39,691 nucleotides of DNA, taken from assembly GCA_026025075.1 (NCBI GenBank), contig JAPEUI010000138.1, positions 1 through 39,691 on the forward strand. The letters are read 5' to 3'. Each line of letters starts with the position of its first letter. The first letter of the stretch is position 1. This document shows, piece after piece, positions 22,541 to 33,593 of the stretch. The DNA is from Vezdaea acicularis. Its lineage: Eukaryota. The notes under the pieces are model-generated. The model was not told the DNA's origin. It searched no databases and saw only the letters and a list, made by a program, of their open reading frames with translations. A program made the position numbers and the translations under genes.

Positions 22541-23001
22541 GAAAGTGATTTATCACTTTCCTACACTGCTAGTCGTGGAAGGATCTCCAATTTGACAACA
22601 AGTCAGAACGAATGGGTAATCGGGCAGGTTCGTGGGGGAGTGTACTAGTTTATGGATAAGGGGTGTTGCTGTTCGTCTTGTACTCCCTGCGGAATGGAGA
22701 TATGAGAGCTCGGAATCCTTACGAGAGAGCGCTTAGCGATGGAGAAACAAAGGTGTGAGAAGCGGTGGTATCTTTTGGTGTTAAAATTCGGGATTTACCT
22801 CCTAAACCATCAGATTTCCCTTTTACCTGGGTGTTGAGAATTGTGCCTAAGCGTGTACCGCAGCTTGTGCATCGCTTGCGGTTGACCCACGGTTTTCTAG
22901 ACAACAAGCAAGGAATGAAATCTTCCATGAGTGCTTGATGTCGACTTTGTAAAGGCAAGTCTGCCAGGCTATACCAAGACCAATCTCCAGCGGTTGTCCA
23001 A

Positions 23002-23738
23002 TCAAGTTGCAAATATGCCCATCCGAGTACCCCTTCCATCGGCCTTTGGATTTATTTCGATTCTATATGGAAAAGGATTGCTATCGCTCGTCGTAATTGG
23101 TGGTATATGGCTTTGATCACGGTTGACTAAAGTAACAATCTTCAGGGCAGTCTTTTGCAGTTGATTCTCCATCGCTTTCCTCACTTTTATTCTCTCTGCC
23201 GATACCATGACTGTCAGCAACCTATCACTAGATGCTCGAAACGGATAGGCCCTTGAACACTTACCGGCTTCTGTTCTTGGTGTTGCAAGTGTAACGTCCA
23301 GCGTCCACATCTCCCAGCATACTTCCTCGTCGCCCTTCATGAACCAGGCTTTTCGTCTCCTCTTTTCAAAGAACTGGACCGCTATCTGACCCCTCACCGA
23401 AGCCGAGCGCGTGTTGAGCGTAGTGTCAATCTGTGTGATCAGATCTTGGGCTTTATGATCGATCAGTGTCTCGAGCTCGACGTCGTCTACTTCTGGCAGA
23501 GTCAGGTCGAGGACTTCATGAAATTTTGGTCGAATCGAGATAAAGAAGCGGTGGAAGAAGATGGTATGTAGGATGCCTATTGTCCCTTGTTAGTCCTCGC
23601 ATCAAATAACGACCACGAATTTTCTCCGGGCGCATGGTAAAATTTTTTCCCCTCTAGCTCACCTTTGACGATATCGTGGGCTGAGAGCGGGTCCGTGAAG
23701 ACTTCTAAGATATACTCCGGCGGGCCTCGCTGCTCCAT
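23002..23738 (-). CDS. ATG101: Autophagy protein Atg101 (HORMA domain, DUF1649); 3 exons
   Basis: MEQRGPPEYILEVF...DIVK|GILHTIFFHRFF..IRP, GQIAVQFFEKRRRKAWF (WF finger), EEVCWEMWTL and HIPPITTSDSNPFPY. Confidence 0.9.
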
Positions 23739-24207
23739 GCCGGCGACGCGCTAGCGGACTCAATACACGGTACGAGGTTTAAGTGGGGAACTGGGCGATC
23801 GCAATGGCAAAAGCTCACGATCGGTCAAGGCTGAAACATGCAAGAAGGGCATCAAGTGAGTGTGCGCCGGGCGTATCCCTTCGCGGGACATGGTACGAAC
23901 CCACGGCGGGATCCGCTAGCTCTGGTGGTGGGGTGTTTTGGAGGGGCAACTGTGTCCAAGCCTGTGACGGAATGGGGGCTGGTGCTGTGCCCAATCCCAG
24001 CCGCGAAACTTTCCAGCCATTCGGGCGCGCCAAGCGAGCCGAGGGAGCCATCGTCCGCGTTATCGACCGACCACGAGTACAGCGAGACACGCTCAAGCTA
24101 TCATCACGAGCGTACATTTGAACCATCAGCACCTCGTTTTGGTCGCCTGTATCAGACAATGAACCAAGCATGATGTTCGTTGGCTTGCCTGTGCAATAAC
24201 AGCAGCT

Positions 24208-25950
24208 ATGATTGCCGCTACTCGAAACTGGTTCAAGCGGAACCGAACGAACATCGCCGTGGGCTTTGGAGTCGTTGGCGCTGGATACGTCGCGACACAA
24301 TATGTGCTATCCAAGATCAGTGAGGCGCGGGAGCGGATGAGTTATGACCGTATCGCAAAGGAGAAGTAAGCATTGCAACCCTTTAACCCTTCCCTGCATA
24401 TGCGTTATGATCCTAGTACTGATCTTACACCCTTGAAGTTTGAGGCGCCGTTTCCAGCAGAACCAAGAAGATTGCACATTCACGGTCCTCGCACTCTTGC
24501 CTACGGCATCAGAGAATATTCTAGATGCCTTACCTGTCGAGAACATCACACATGAGCTACAAAGGCAGAAGGCAGAGCGGCTTGCGAGGACCGCAGGGGA
24601 GGGAGCGAACTCGTCGGAGATAAGCTCGGGGCCACCAAGCGTCAACGAAGACGATGGGCGGAGTCTACAGAGCTTCCAAAGCGAGAGCTACGTCCATGCG
24701 AGCCAAGTAGGCACAGAGGAAACTGGTGGAAGCTCAGAAAAGGTCCAGGGTTCCCCGCCTCGCGGGCCGAAAAAGACGAAGCTACAACTGTGGAATGAAT
24801 TGAAGATTAGCTGTATGACCCCTTTTGACTACCGCTGTTAGCGACTGACAGATATCTAACCGTCTCTATAGCGATAACCCGCGCCCTAACCCTCATCTAC
24901 ACACTCTCCCTTCTCACCCTCCTAACGCGCATCCAACTAAACCTCCTTGGCCGCCGCTCCTACCTAAGCTCCGTCCTTAACCTCGCCAGCACCCCTCCCT
25001 CGACATCGAACCTAACCATCTCCCTCGAAAACAACGACCCTGCTGACCCCACTACTACCTCCCCTACCTACGGCCACGACTTCGAGACTAACCGCCGCTA
25101 TCTAACATTTTCCTGGTGGCTCCTCCACCGAGGCTGGGCGCTCCTGCGCAACTCAGTCGAGAGTGCCGTTAAGGAAGTCTTCGGCCCTTTGAACCTGCGC
25201 GAAGATATAAGCCATGATGCGCTCGCAGCTCTGATTCTCGAGGTGCGAAAACGTGTCGAAGGCGCTACCGACGAGGAGCGGAGGAGCAAGAGATGGCTGC
25301 CATACCTGCTGCCAAGCCCGGAGGAGTATCCGACCGTGCTCGCTGAGAGTGGTATGTCCACCTCGCCCACCTCCTCAGCGTCGCCAGAATCTACCTCTAC
25401 AGGTACTGCTGAGCTGAGCGCTCCGCTGCGGCGCCTCTTGGACGAGACGGCGGACCTGATCGACTCCCCCTCGTTCTCACTCGTGCATACCCTCCTCCTC
25501 GACGCATCCTTCACGCAGCTCTCCTCTACACTTAACAGTCAAGCGTTCAAAGCCACCTCGCCGACAGTGGAGAGCATGACAAGCAGGATAGAGGAGGTCG
25601 TGGAGAAGAAGGTCAAGCTTGCGACTGTCCTTGCGGTCATGACCAGACAGGCGCACGCGATTGGAAATGGCGGCCAGAATAGCTTTTTGGAGGCTATGGA
25701 TAGGGTTCCGGAGCTTGAAGCTTTTAGTGCTGTGGTCTATGCGAGTTTGAGGGACGGTGAGGTTGCGGAAGTCGAGCCCGAAGTCACCTACGAAGAGCTG
25801 AAGAAGGAGGTCGAGAAAGAGGAGGCGCCTCCTCCGATCAATGCCCAGGAGAGTCCCCCGGAGAGCTTCGTCGATGTGGGAACGCAGAGTACGCTGGAGA
25901 GTGCGTGGGGGAAAGCGGTCGAGAAGAGCAAAGGAGAGGGATCGCCATAG
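24208..25950 (+). CDS. PEX3: Peroxin-3, peroxisomal membrane biogenesis factor; 3 exons
   Basis: MIAATRNWFKRNR..AVGFGVVGAGY TM segment, AKEN|LRRRFQQNQEDCTFTVLALLP, KLQLWNELKI, LLTRIQLNLLGRRSY, YLTFSWWLLHRGW, LLDETADLIDSP and ELEAFSAVVY. Confidence 0.95.
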
Positions 25951-26204
25951 AAGTCTTTTCTCTCTCTGAATCAGCGGGCTTGGGAGCTGTACGGTCATAT
26001 AGCGCGGATGCAGGTAGTGATTGATGTCATGATACACTTTTCTCAACCCTTGCCTCATATTCCTGACGATTGCTGACGGCCAGACGCCATGCTTCCATAT
26101 TTCGCTACATGAGCTTCATGATAGAGTACATCCATCCCAATGGTCTCAGAACGCCGAAACAAGATCCGCCCCGTGAGGGAACGCCGCGTAACCGAGTACT
26201 CCAA

Positions 26205-27140
26205 TTAGTAGAACGACTCGACCATCGTGTCCTTCAGCGTGGAGTTGATCGCACTCGGCCCGTTCCCCTCGCCCAGCTTGAACACGCTCTCCACCACCGA
26301 TAGCTCCGTCGCCGTGGTATCAAGGCCCGTCACTGCCATCCAGTCGTTAACTACCATGCCGGCGCCCACGACCGGAGACCCGCGGTTCACGCTTCCAGCC
26401 ACGAGCGGCACCTGTAAGAGTGAACTCAGCTCGTCCTGGTCGCCAATGCTCGTCTTCGGGTGGACGATCCCTCCCGCGTTGGAGAGAGCCATATACGAGC
26501 CAGTGAGGACATTATCAGCGATTGTCTGGCGGAAGACCTCGACGCCCAGGACGTCGGCGATTATCTCCTCGGTTTCGCGCTCCAGGTCGGGGTGCACCAG
26601 AGCGACGTGGTCGTTGGCACAGATGACGTTACCGAGGGCGGAGAGCCGCTCTTCGATGCGTTGGATCTTGACGGCGTCTGGGAGCGAATTGCGGATGTGT
26701 TGGAGCTCTTGGTCGGTTGTGGAGGTGGGGACGAGAAGGCCTTTGCGGTTGCTGGTGGGGCACTGTTATTACTTTCGAGGTGGGGGGAGAGCGGGAGAAG
26801 TTATAGCAAAAGGAGTGAGACTTACCCAGCCGTTAACCGGCCAACTATACGTGTGCCAGCGATTGTAGCATGGCAGATGGGGATTATGTCTTGAAGCTCA
26901 GCTTCGAAAACACTGACCGCGGGCCAAGTTAGCGGGAAAGACCGGGAAAGCGCGGGATGTGAGAGAGGATGTACCTGTAGAAGTTTTCTGAAGCGCCTAC
27001 GGCAACAATGGCATAGGCGTTTGTGAGCGTAGAGAAGACGCCGACTCTGTGGTACATTAGGTACGTTAAAAGCGCAGCAGGTGGGGTGGAGGGGCAAAAA
27101 CGCACTCATTGGAGTTCTCGAACTGGGCCCGCACCGCCAT
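26205..27140 (-). CDS. TIF6: Eukaryotic translation initiation factor 6 (60S biogenesis/anti-association factor); 4 exons
   Basis: [23 protein letters not shown]...SENFYS|VFEAEL...[21 protein letters not shown]...[21 protein letters not shown]...[18 protein letters not shown]. Confidence 0.97.
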
Positions 27141-27340
27141 GATTATTTGTCTATGTTGAGATTTTTGGTTTACTAGGTAACTTTTAAGGATGAGATAATG
27201 AAAGGGAAGTTCGAGAGTGATTGCAAGACAGAGTGTTTGTGGAGAGGAATTCAGTAAAGAGAGCGCGGATTTTGTAGGTTCTAAAGCTCCAATGGTTGTC
27301 TGAGCCGAGCCTGGCTGACGTCGCACCGATCCTGACTCGA

Positions 27341-27370
27341 TGGCCGAGCTTGGCCGAACTTGGCTAAGAT
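27341..27370. repeat. Three imperfect tandem 10-bp repeats TGGCCGAGCT/TGGCCGAACT/TGGCTAAGAT upstream of TIF6
   Basis: Read directly from the sequence. A related TGAGCCGAGC lies at 27301-27310. Confidence 0.6.
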
Positions 27371-27903
27371 CTATATGCAAGAGAAGACTCATCACTTCGG
27401 CTGCATGAGGACTTCATGACTAACACCAGACACGGTCAATATTCTGCCGGCGCTAGAGATCAACCCCTTATTGATGGACCTGAGTCATTTCGACGGTGGC
27501 GTTCATTCGACTATGATCACGCGCAAGATATTTCACGCAGTCTTTTCTTCAATCGTGGGTATGATATTCCTGGAAGCTGAACTTTGAAAAAGACAATCAG
27601 ATATTTTGATCGCAACCAGGGTATTTTGAACATGAGCTGCGCTAGCTATGAACAGAAATATACAAACAGAAGTGAAGACAATTGGAAGCATCCAGATCTA
27701 TTCTGTATTCCTCGTCAAAGCGTATCAGCGTATTTGACCCTTCCTCCCTTCCGAGACTCCGTGACCATGCTAGAGTAAAGCTAAAGTAGAGATAATACAA
27801 TGAATGATTAGAGTGTTGCTAATAAACATACGTATGCTCTTCTTATTTGAAATGAGGAGCATAATGACTTGAAATTTCCGCATTGAGAAACACCTTGATG
27901 AAT

Positions 27904-30840
27904 CTACCAAGGGCGCCGCGGTTCTTGTCGTGTTTGTTGATAGTGGTATGTAGGAGGAGGCCCTCCCGTTGGAGAAGGGTATGGGTAGTAGCCAAATTGA
28001 TGCGAAGTTATCGGCTCCAGAAAAGAAGGCGTGGGTTGTGGTGGAGGTGGAGGCGGAGGCTGAGGTAACTGCGGAGGTGGCGGTAGAGATTGAGAGGGGG
28101 CGGTATATAGATATTGGGTATTGATTGGTGGATATTGAGGGTATTTACCATACGGTGGCGGTGGAGGGGGAAGCGAGTAGTTCGTGGGCTGCGAGAACTG
28201 TTGATACGACTGATGCTGAACTGCGTGCACAGGCTCACGACCTGAAGAATGCAGCTCTTGAGCATACTGAGGAGGCGGTGGGATTGGAATGTTGTGCGGA
28301 TTGATGTATCCATGCGGAACAAGCGGATACGGAGCAGCGCTGGATAGAGTATCCCGTGGGTAAGTTGCATCTTTCCGAGATAGTGATGATGAAGGATGGT
28401 GGTACTCCGTGTCTGTAGGGTGGTAAGACGGATCATATCGGGTCGAAGTGTCAACATGATGCAATTGAGATGCTCTGACTGGGACAGATTGAGGAGCCGA
28501 GATTATAATGGGTTCTGTAAATGACGTCCGCTGTGGATGAGAAAGACGTTCGTCTTGTGAGGTATCCGTAATTAGCTCGGAGATGAGCATCGAACGTAAT
28601 CTATCTGGTGGTTTGCGAGTTGACTCAGGTCGAACTAATTGCTCTCGAGACTCATAAGGCTTAGACGGATCTGTAGGATGAGACATCGGTTGTATCTGTT
28701 GCGGTGGGGAGTTGATGGGAGGCATATCCTTTATTCCAGAAGGTGCATCTGGCACAGTCGCCATGATATGTGATTTCCCCGGATTGACTTCAACGAACCT
28801 TGTTTGCTGACGAGGAGCGATCGCTAAAGGTGGGTGGGACCGAGCCTTCGGTATATCTCCAAGGGGTACCGATCCTGATATATCTTTAGATCCTCTCTTT
28901 CGGCGAAAAGCTTGAGGGTTGTTGTCTTTCCATTCAAAGTTTCTCGCCTCTAGTTTTTGGCCTACCCTTGTATTAGACTCGAAGGTGTTGCTTGGTGCTA
29001 TACGTGGCCTGATTTTTGATGCAGCGTCAATGGGCTTGGCGGCAAGAGGTACTGGAGCTTGAGGTATAGAATTCTTTGAATCGTTTCTCTTTCTGCGACG
29101 TCCAGATAAAGAGAACTTGCCAAATGCGCCAGTACCATTATCAGCTAGACTATCCTGAGAAAGGTGGGGCTCGTTCGAATAAATGGGCCTATCTAGTCCC
29201 CGGTTTAGAGGTGGCTGATACTCCTGGGGAGCAAATCGGTATTCAATCGCACCCCGAGGAAGTCCTGACCTGTCATGATCAGGGATTGGATCAAGGTTAG
29301 CTTTAGCCTCGCTTAAGTTATTGTGATATTCGTGATGAGCTTTTTTGACCTGAGGATATGTAAAACGACGATCCTGACTTCCGGCAGCCTGGATAGAATA
29401 CTCATTGATGTTTGTTGGAGCGGTCGCATGCGCTTCAAGCGAGGATTGCCGTACAGGAGAGCTGTGATGCGCAGTCGATGGTCTTCTATCTTGATGCTTA
29501 TCTACCTTCGTTGGGGACGACCAAGCAGGGGGTTCGGCAGGGTATTTCAAACTGAATTTTGGACTGCCAAAAAGCGTTCCTGACTGTGGCTTTGTCGGAG
29601 ATACGAATGGATCGGTAAGTACAGATGTCTGATCCAAGGGCTGACTCGGAAGAATTTGGCTGTTTGAGGGCAGCTGCGGTTCGTGTTCAAGGCGACATGC
29701 TTCTGATGCCGTAGCTAAAGCCACCAACTTCTCCGCATCGGAGTTTCTCGTGAGTGGTGGTGTTGCTTTTTCGGATGTTTCTACGACAGCTTGTGAAGCA
29801 TCCGCGAGGATTTCCAAGTTTAGGGTTGCAATTGCTGCATCGCGTTTACTAGCATCATAACTTGCATAGCCTGTATTGGCCGAAGTAGCAAAGCCTGGTG
29901 CATAACGGCTCAGCGCTGTGCGCATACGTGATCGAACTTCAAGATCCGTCCAGCGTCGCTGCACGTCTACGAAGTAGTCGCTGCGAGAGTTCTGCTGAGC
30001 GTCAATCTCGGTATCTACTTGTAGTTCCTATTCACGTCGTAAGCAAAGAGACTATCCCTGACGCATAGAGGAGCAAAGTTACCTCGTTATCGGTAGCCTG
30101 ATCATCATCATATACTTCACTATCTCGGACTAAAGAAAGATAATTGTCTTTTGCTCTCAAAAGAAGGTCATCTCTCATATCAACAACTTGCCTCTGTAAA
30201 AGGAGCGTTATGTCAGCCCCTTCAATCATTAGCGGAAAAGAGCAAAGTTCCAACGTACAATTGAGTCGTTATGAACGATCGACTTTTGCGCTTGGTAAAT
30301 GCGGGTAAGACTTTCCAATTCCAATTGGTAAATGCTTTCTGCCTCTATCTTCCTCTCATCTAAGCGAGTGTCAAGGCCGTCTTGTACAAGACGATAATTG
30401 GGGTGGTTTTCATGTGCGAACGGGTCCGCCTCCAGTTCCTCTAAAGAACGTCCTGCGAGCTCAGCGAGAGCAGGTTTCACAGCTTTGCAGACGCTTTTAA
30501 AGACTCTTTTCAGTTCTGCTTGGCGGACTAAGTCGGCCTCAGTCGTCGCATCGGGATTTGGAACCCTTCGCCGTCCAGGGTGTTTGGTCTTTACTCTATC
30601 TAGACCTGGCCGCGCCACTGACGGTCTATTTAGACGGGGCCGTCCTGGAGGTCTTTTTGATGGCCGGCCAGAATCAGCGCGCTCAGTGGATTTATCTTGC
30701 CCATTTAACGCAGAGAATGGCACTCTTCTAGCATTTCTGGCTAGTCTTCTTGGTCGAGCGTTAGGGTCATGATCATGATCGTTAACGTCCTCATTGCGTT
30801 GCGCCTGCGAGGCATCGGAGTCCAGAGTCTCTGAGTTCAT
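27904..30840 (-). CDS. Uncharacterised protein with an AT-hook-like motif, a helical N-terminal domain and a long Pro/Gln/Tyr-rich disordered tail; 3 exons
   Basis: ORFs 30229-30879, part of 30032-30253 and 27904-29964 join through GT-AG introns (HNDSI|RQVVDM...TDNE|ELQVDTE...DVQRRW). First in-frame ATG is at 30840. Confidence 0.7.
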
Positions 30841-31577
30841 TGAGTCCAGATGCAGCGAAAATACGGAACTTAAATTCAATGTCGCGCAACTTGCTCGCGG
30901 TCATTCTTTGTGGTGGGAGCCCCAAGATTATCATAATATTACTTTTGCCCAAATCATGTTGGAATCGATACTGCGGAAGTGAAAAACGATGCGATGTTTA
31001 TGGTCCCGCAAGTCGATGGTAGGGCGTATTCGACGTTGAAGAGCAATCCTCTGGCCAAGATAAGATTTGCAGGTATGTAAAGGTGTCGAAAGATATATAC
31101 ACGATGGCGAAAGCGGCATCTGGAGGTAATTGAAATTCAGGTGGAGCGTGTTGATGACGGACAGCAACGAGGCCTGATCATCTGGCCGCAAAGGGCAAAG
31201 CACCGGTTCGGTTCGCAAGCCCAAAGCGGTAAGCGGCTCGCTTAAGGCTGAATCGGCATATCATAGCGCGGCGGCTCCAGCAACTGTGGAACAAGCTCGG
31301 AAACGTCGTAGGCACCACTGTTCAAGCGCGCAGCACCCTCATCGTGCAACTTTGCTTGTGTGGCTGACGAAGCTGTTCTACCCACAGCAAGACCCACGTC
31401 GAAGCTTTCCTGATTCGTGTCCTACTACCTGCCATCGTTTTTATCTTCATTCATTGACACCTTGTTTACTTGAGTGTTGTGTGACGACACTTCAGAAGCC
31501 AAGCTTTAAACTTCTCGCCCCACCACCTTTCTTCGTGCAAATCTTATTGTAGCCAAATACCGATCACATCAGCCACA

Positions 31578-33069
31578 ATGAAGCTCACTTTCAAGGTTTG
31601 CCCAGACCATTGCATACTACAAAGCCTAATCCTTGTACTAATGATTATCTAATAACTAGGATTTGAAGCAACAAAAGTTCGTAATTGAAGCTGAACCTTC
31701 GGAAACAGTGAGTTTGCACCACCCGAGGCCCTGACTCGAACGGGCTCAACTTGAAGGGCCGAGAACTGATCGATTATTACGATATTAGATCTTGGAGGTA
31801 AAGGAGAAGATCTCTCAGGAGAAAGGATGGGATGCGGCTCAGCAGAAACTCATCTACTCTGGTATGGCTTTTATCCGCCTCGGCGATCGTCGCGACCAAT
31901 GCCTTTTACCAGACCTGACATTTCCCGTCTTATATAGGCAAGATCTTGCAAGACGCAAACACAGTCGAGTCTTATAAAGTTGAAGAGAAAGGCTTTATTG
32001 TCTGTATGGTCACTAAGGTACATATTCTACTTGGAAATCTGGGACTCCTCGGCGTTTCTAATACATGCAAAAGCCAAAAGCTGCTCCTACTCCAGCCGCA
32101 CCAGCGACTCCAGCTGCGAAGACCCCAACCACACCAGCTCCTGCACCTGCGCAAACCCCGGCTGCTCCTGCTCAAGCCGATGCGACCATGGAAAGTACCA
32201 CAAGAGATGTGCCTGCTACACCTACACCCCAGGCTGGCGCAACTGAGGGCACAGGTGATGCTTCCGGCTTATTAGTCGGTGCCGAGCGGGAGGCTGCGAT
32301 AGCTCAGATTGAGAGTATGGGTATGGGTTTCGGAAGGGCGGAAATTAACAGGGCCATGCAAGCTGCATTCAACAATCCTGATCGAGCTGTCGAGTACCTC
32401 TACAGTGGGATCCCCGAGAATCTTCAACAGCCGCAGGCGCCACGTGGCGTCGCGGCTCCAGCAGAGCCGCCAACTGCTTCACCGCCTGCAACGGAGGGAA
32501 ATACCGGGGAGCAGCCAGTCAATCTTTTTGAGGCTGCTGCACAGGCTGGTCAAGGTGGCCGCACCGGAGGCACAGGGAGTGCTAGAGCACGAGCTCGTGC
32601 TGCTGTTGCCGAAACTGCAGAGGGAGGAGACCTTGGCACTACTGATCTGAACTTTCTCCGAAATAACCCACAATTCCAGCAACTTCGGCAAGTTGTTCAA
32701 CAGCAACCTGGCATGCTTGAGCCAATTCTACAAACGGTCGGTCAGGGGAACCCCCAACTCGCAGCTCTGATTGGTCAAAACCCAGATCAGTTCCTTCAAC
32801 TCTTAAGTGAAGAAAATGATGAAGATGCACCATTACCTCCTGGGGCTCAGGCCATCTCTGTCACAGAGGAGGAGAGAGATGCAATCGATAGAGTAAGTAC
32901 ATGGTAGCAAGTTATCACGCATAAGTTTGAACGCTAATTTATCAAGCTTACTCGACTTGGTTTCCCAAGAGACGAAGTCATTCAGGCATACTTTGCGTGC
33001 GATAAGAACGAAGAACTTGCAGCGAACTTCCTTTTCGATCAGCCACCGGAAGATGACCCACCCCAGTAG
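31578..33069 (+). CDS. RAD23: Rad23 UbL-UBA ubiquitin shuttle / nucleotide excision repair factor; 6 exons
   Basis: UbL domain MKLTFK|DLKQQKF...QKLIYS|GKIL. UBA1 ([26 protein letters not shown]), XPC-binding region ([26 protein letters not shown]) and UBA2 ([27 protein letters not shown]). Confidence 0.96.
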
Positions 33070-33593
33070 ACAGCGCGTAGATTCTGTAGAAGAAGCTGGC
33101 TGGGAACTATGATATACATGGCACGCGAGTGGACCTTTGTGTCTTGGAGCATTGGACTGCATTTTCAATCTTTCCTATGTCTTGCTAATATGCGCGAAGC
33201 AATAATCACCCGGTGAGGTATCAAACTTGTGTGATAGGAGAGAACAACTGTTGCCATCCTGTCAAGCTCATTGTGCACTCCGTAGATGCCTTTGTGAAGC
33301 TTCCGCAAACAAGCAACCGCTTAATGGCGCTCCGAATTCTTCACATGCTTGATTCTCGCTGTTAAGGCAATTTTACAAGCATGTCTGACGTCCTATAGCA
33401 GTAAATTATCGTGCCACAATTCTAATGCTGATACGTGAGCTGGTGCTACTAAAAGGGAGCAGGGCGTGCAGGGGTGAGTTGCCGAGATGCCAAGATTTCT
33501 TCTCGTTTAGATTATCCCACGAAGGTAAAGACTTTTGACGATTGATTTATGTTACTCTGATACCCTCATCTGTTGTCGCATACCTTGGTGACG

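Noticed and set aside
23783..24300. Several 110-160 aa ORFs in the ATG101/PEX3 spacer
   Set aside because: GC-rich promoter and leader sequence with mutually overlapping ORFs and no protein motifs.
25477..26894. Long antisense ORFs over PEX3 and TIF6 (25477-26058, 26227-26868, 26460-26894)
   Set aside because: Explained by GC-rich codon usage of the sense genes suppressing antisense stops.
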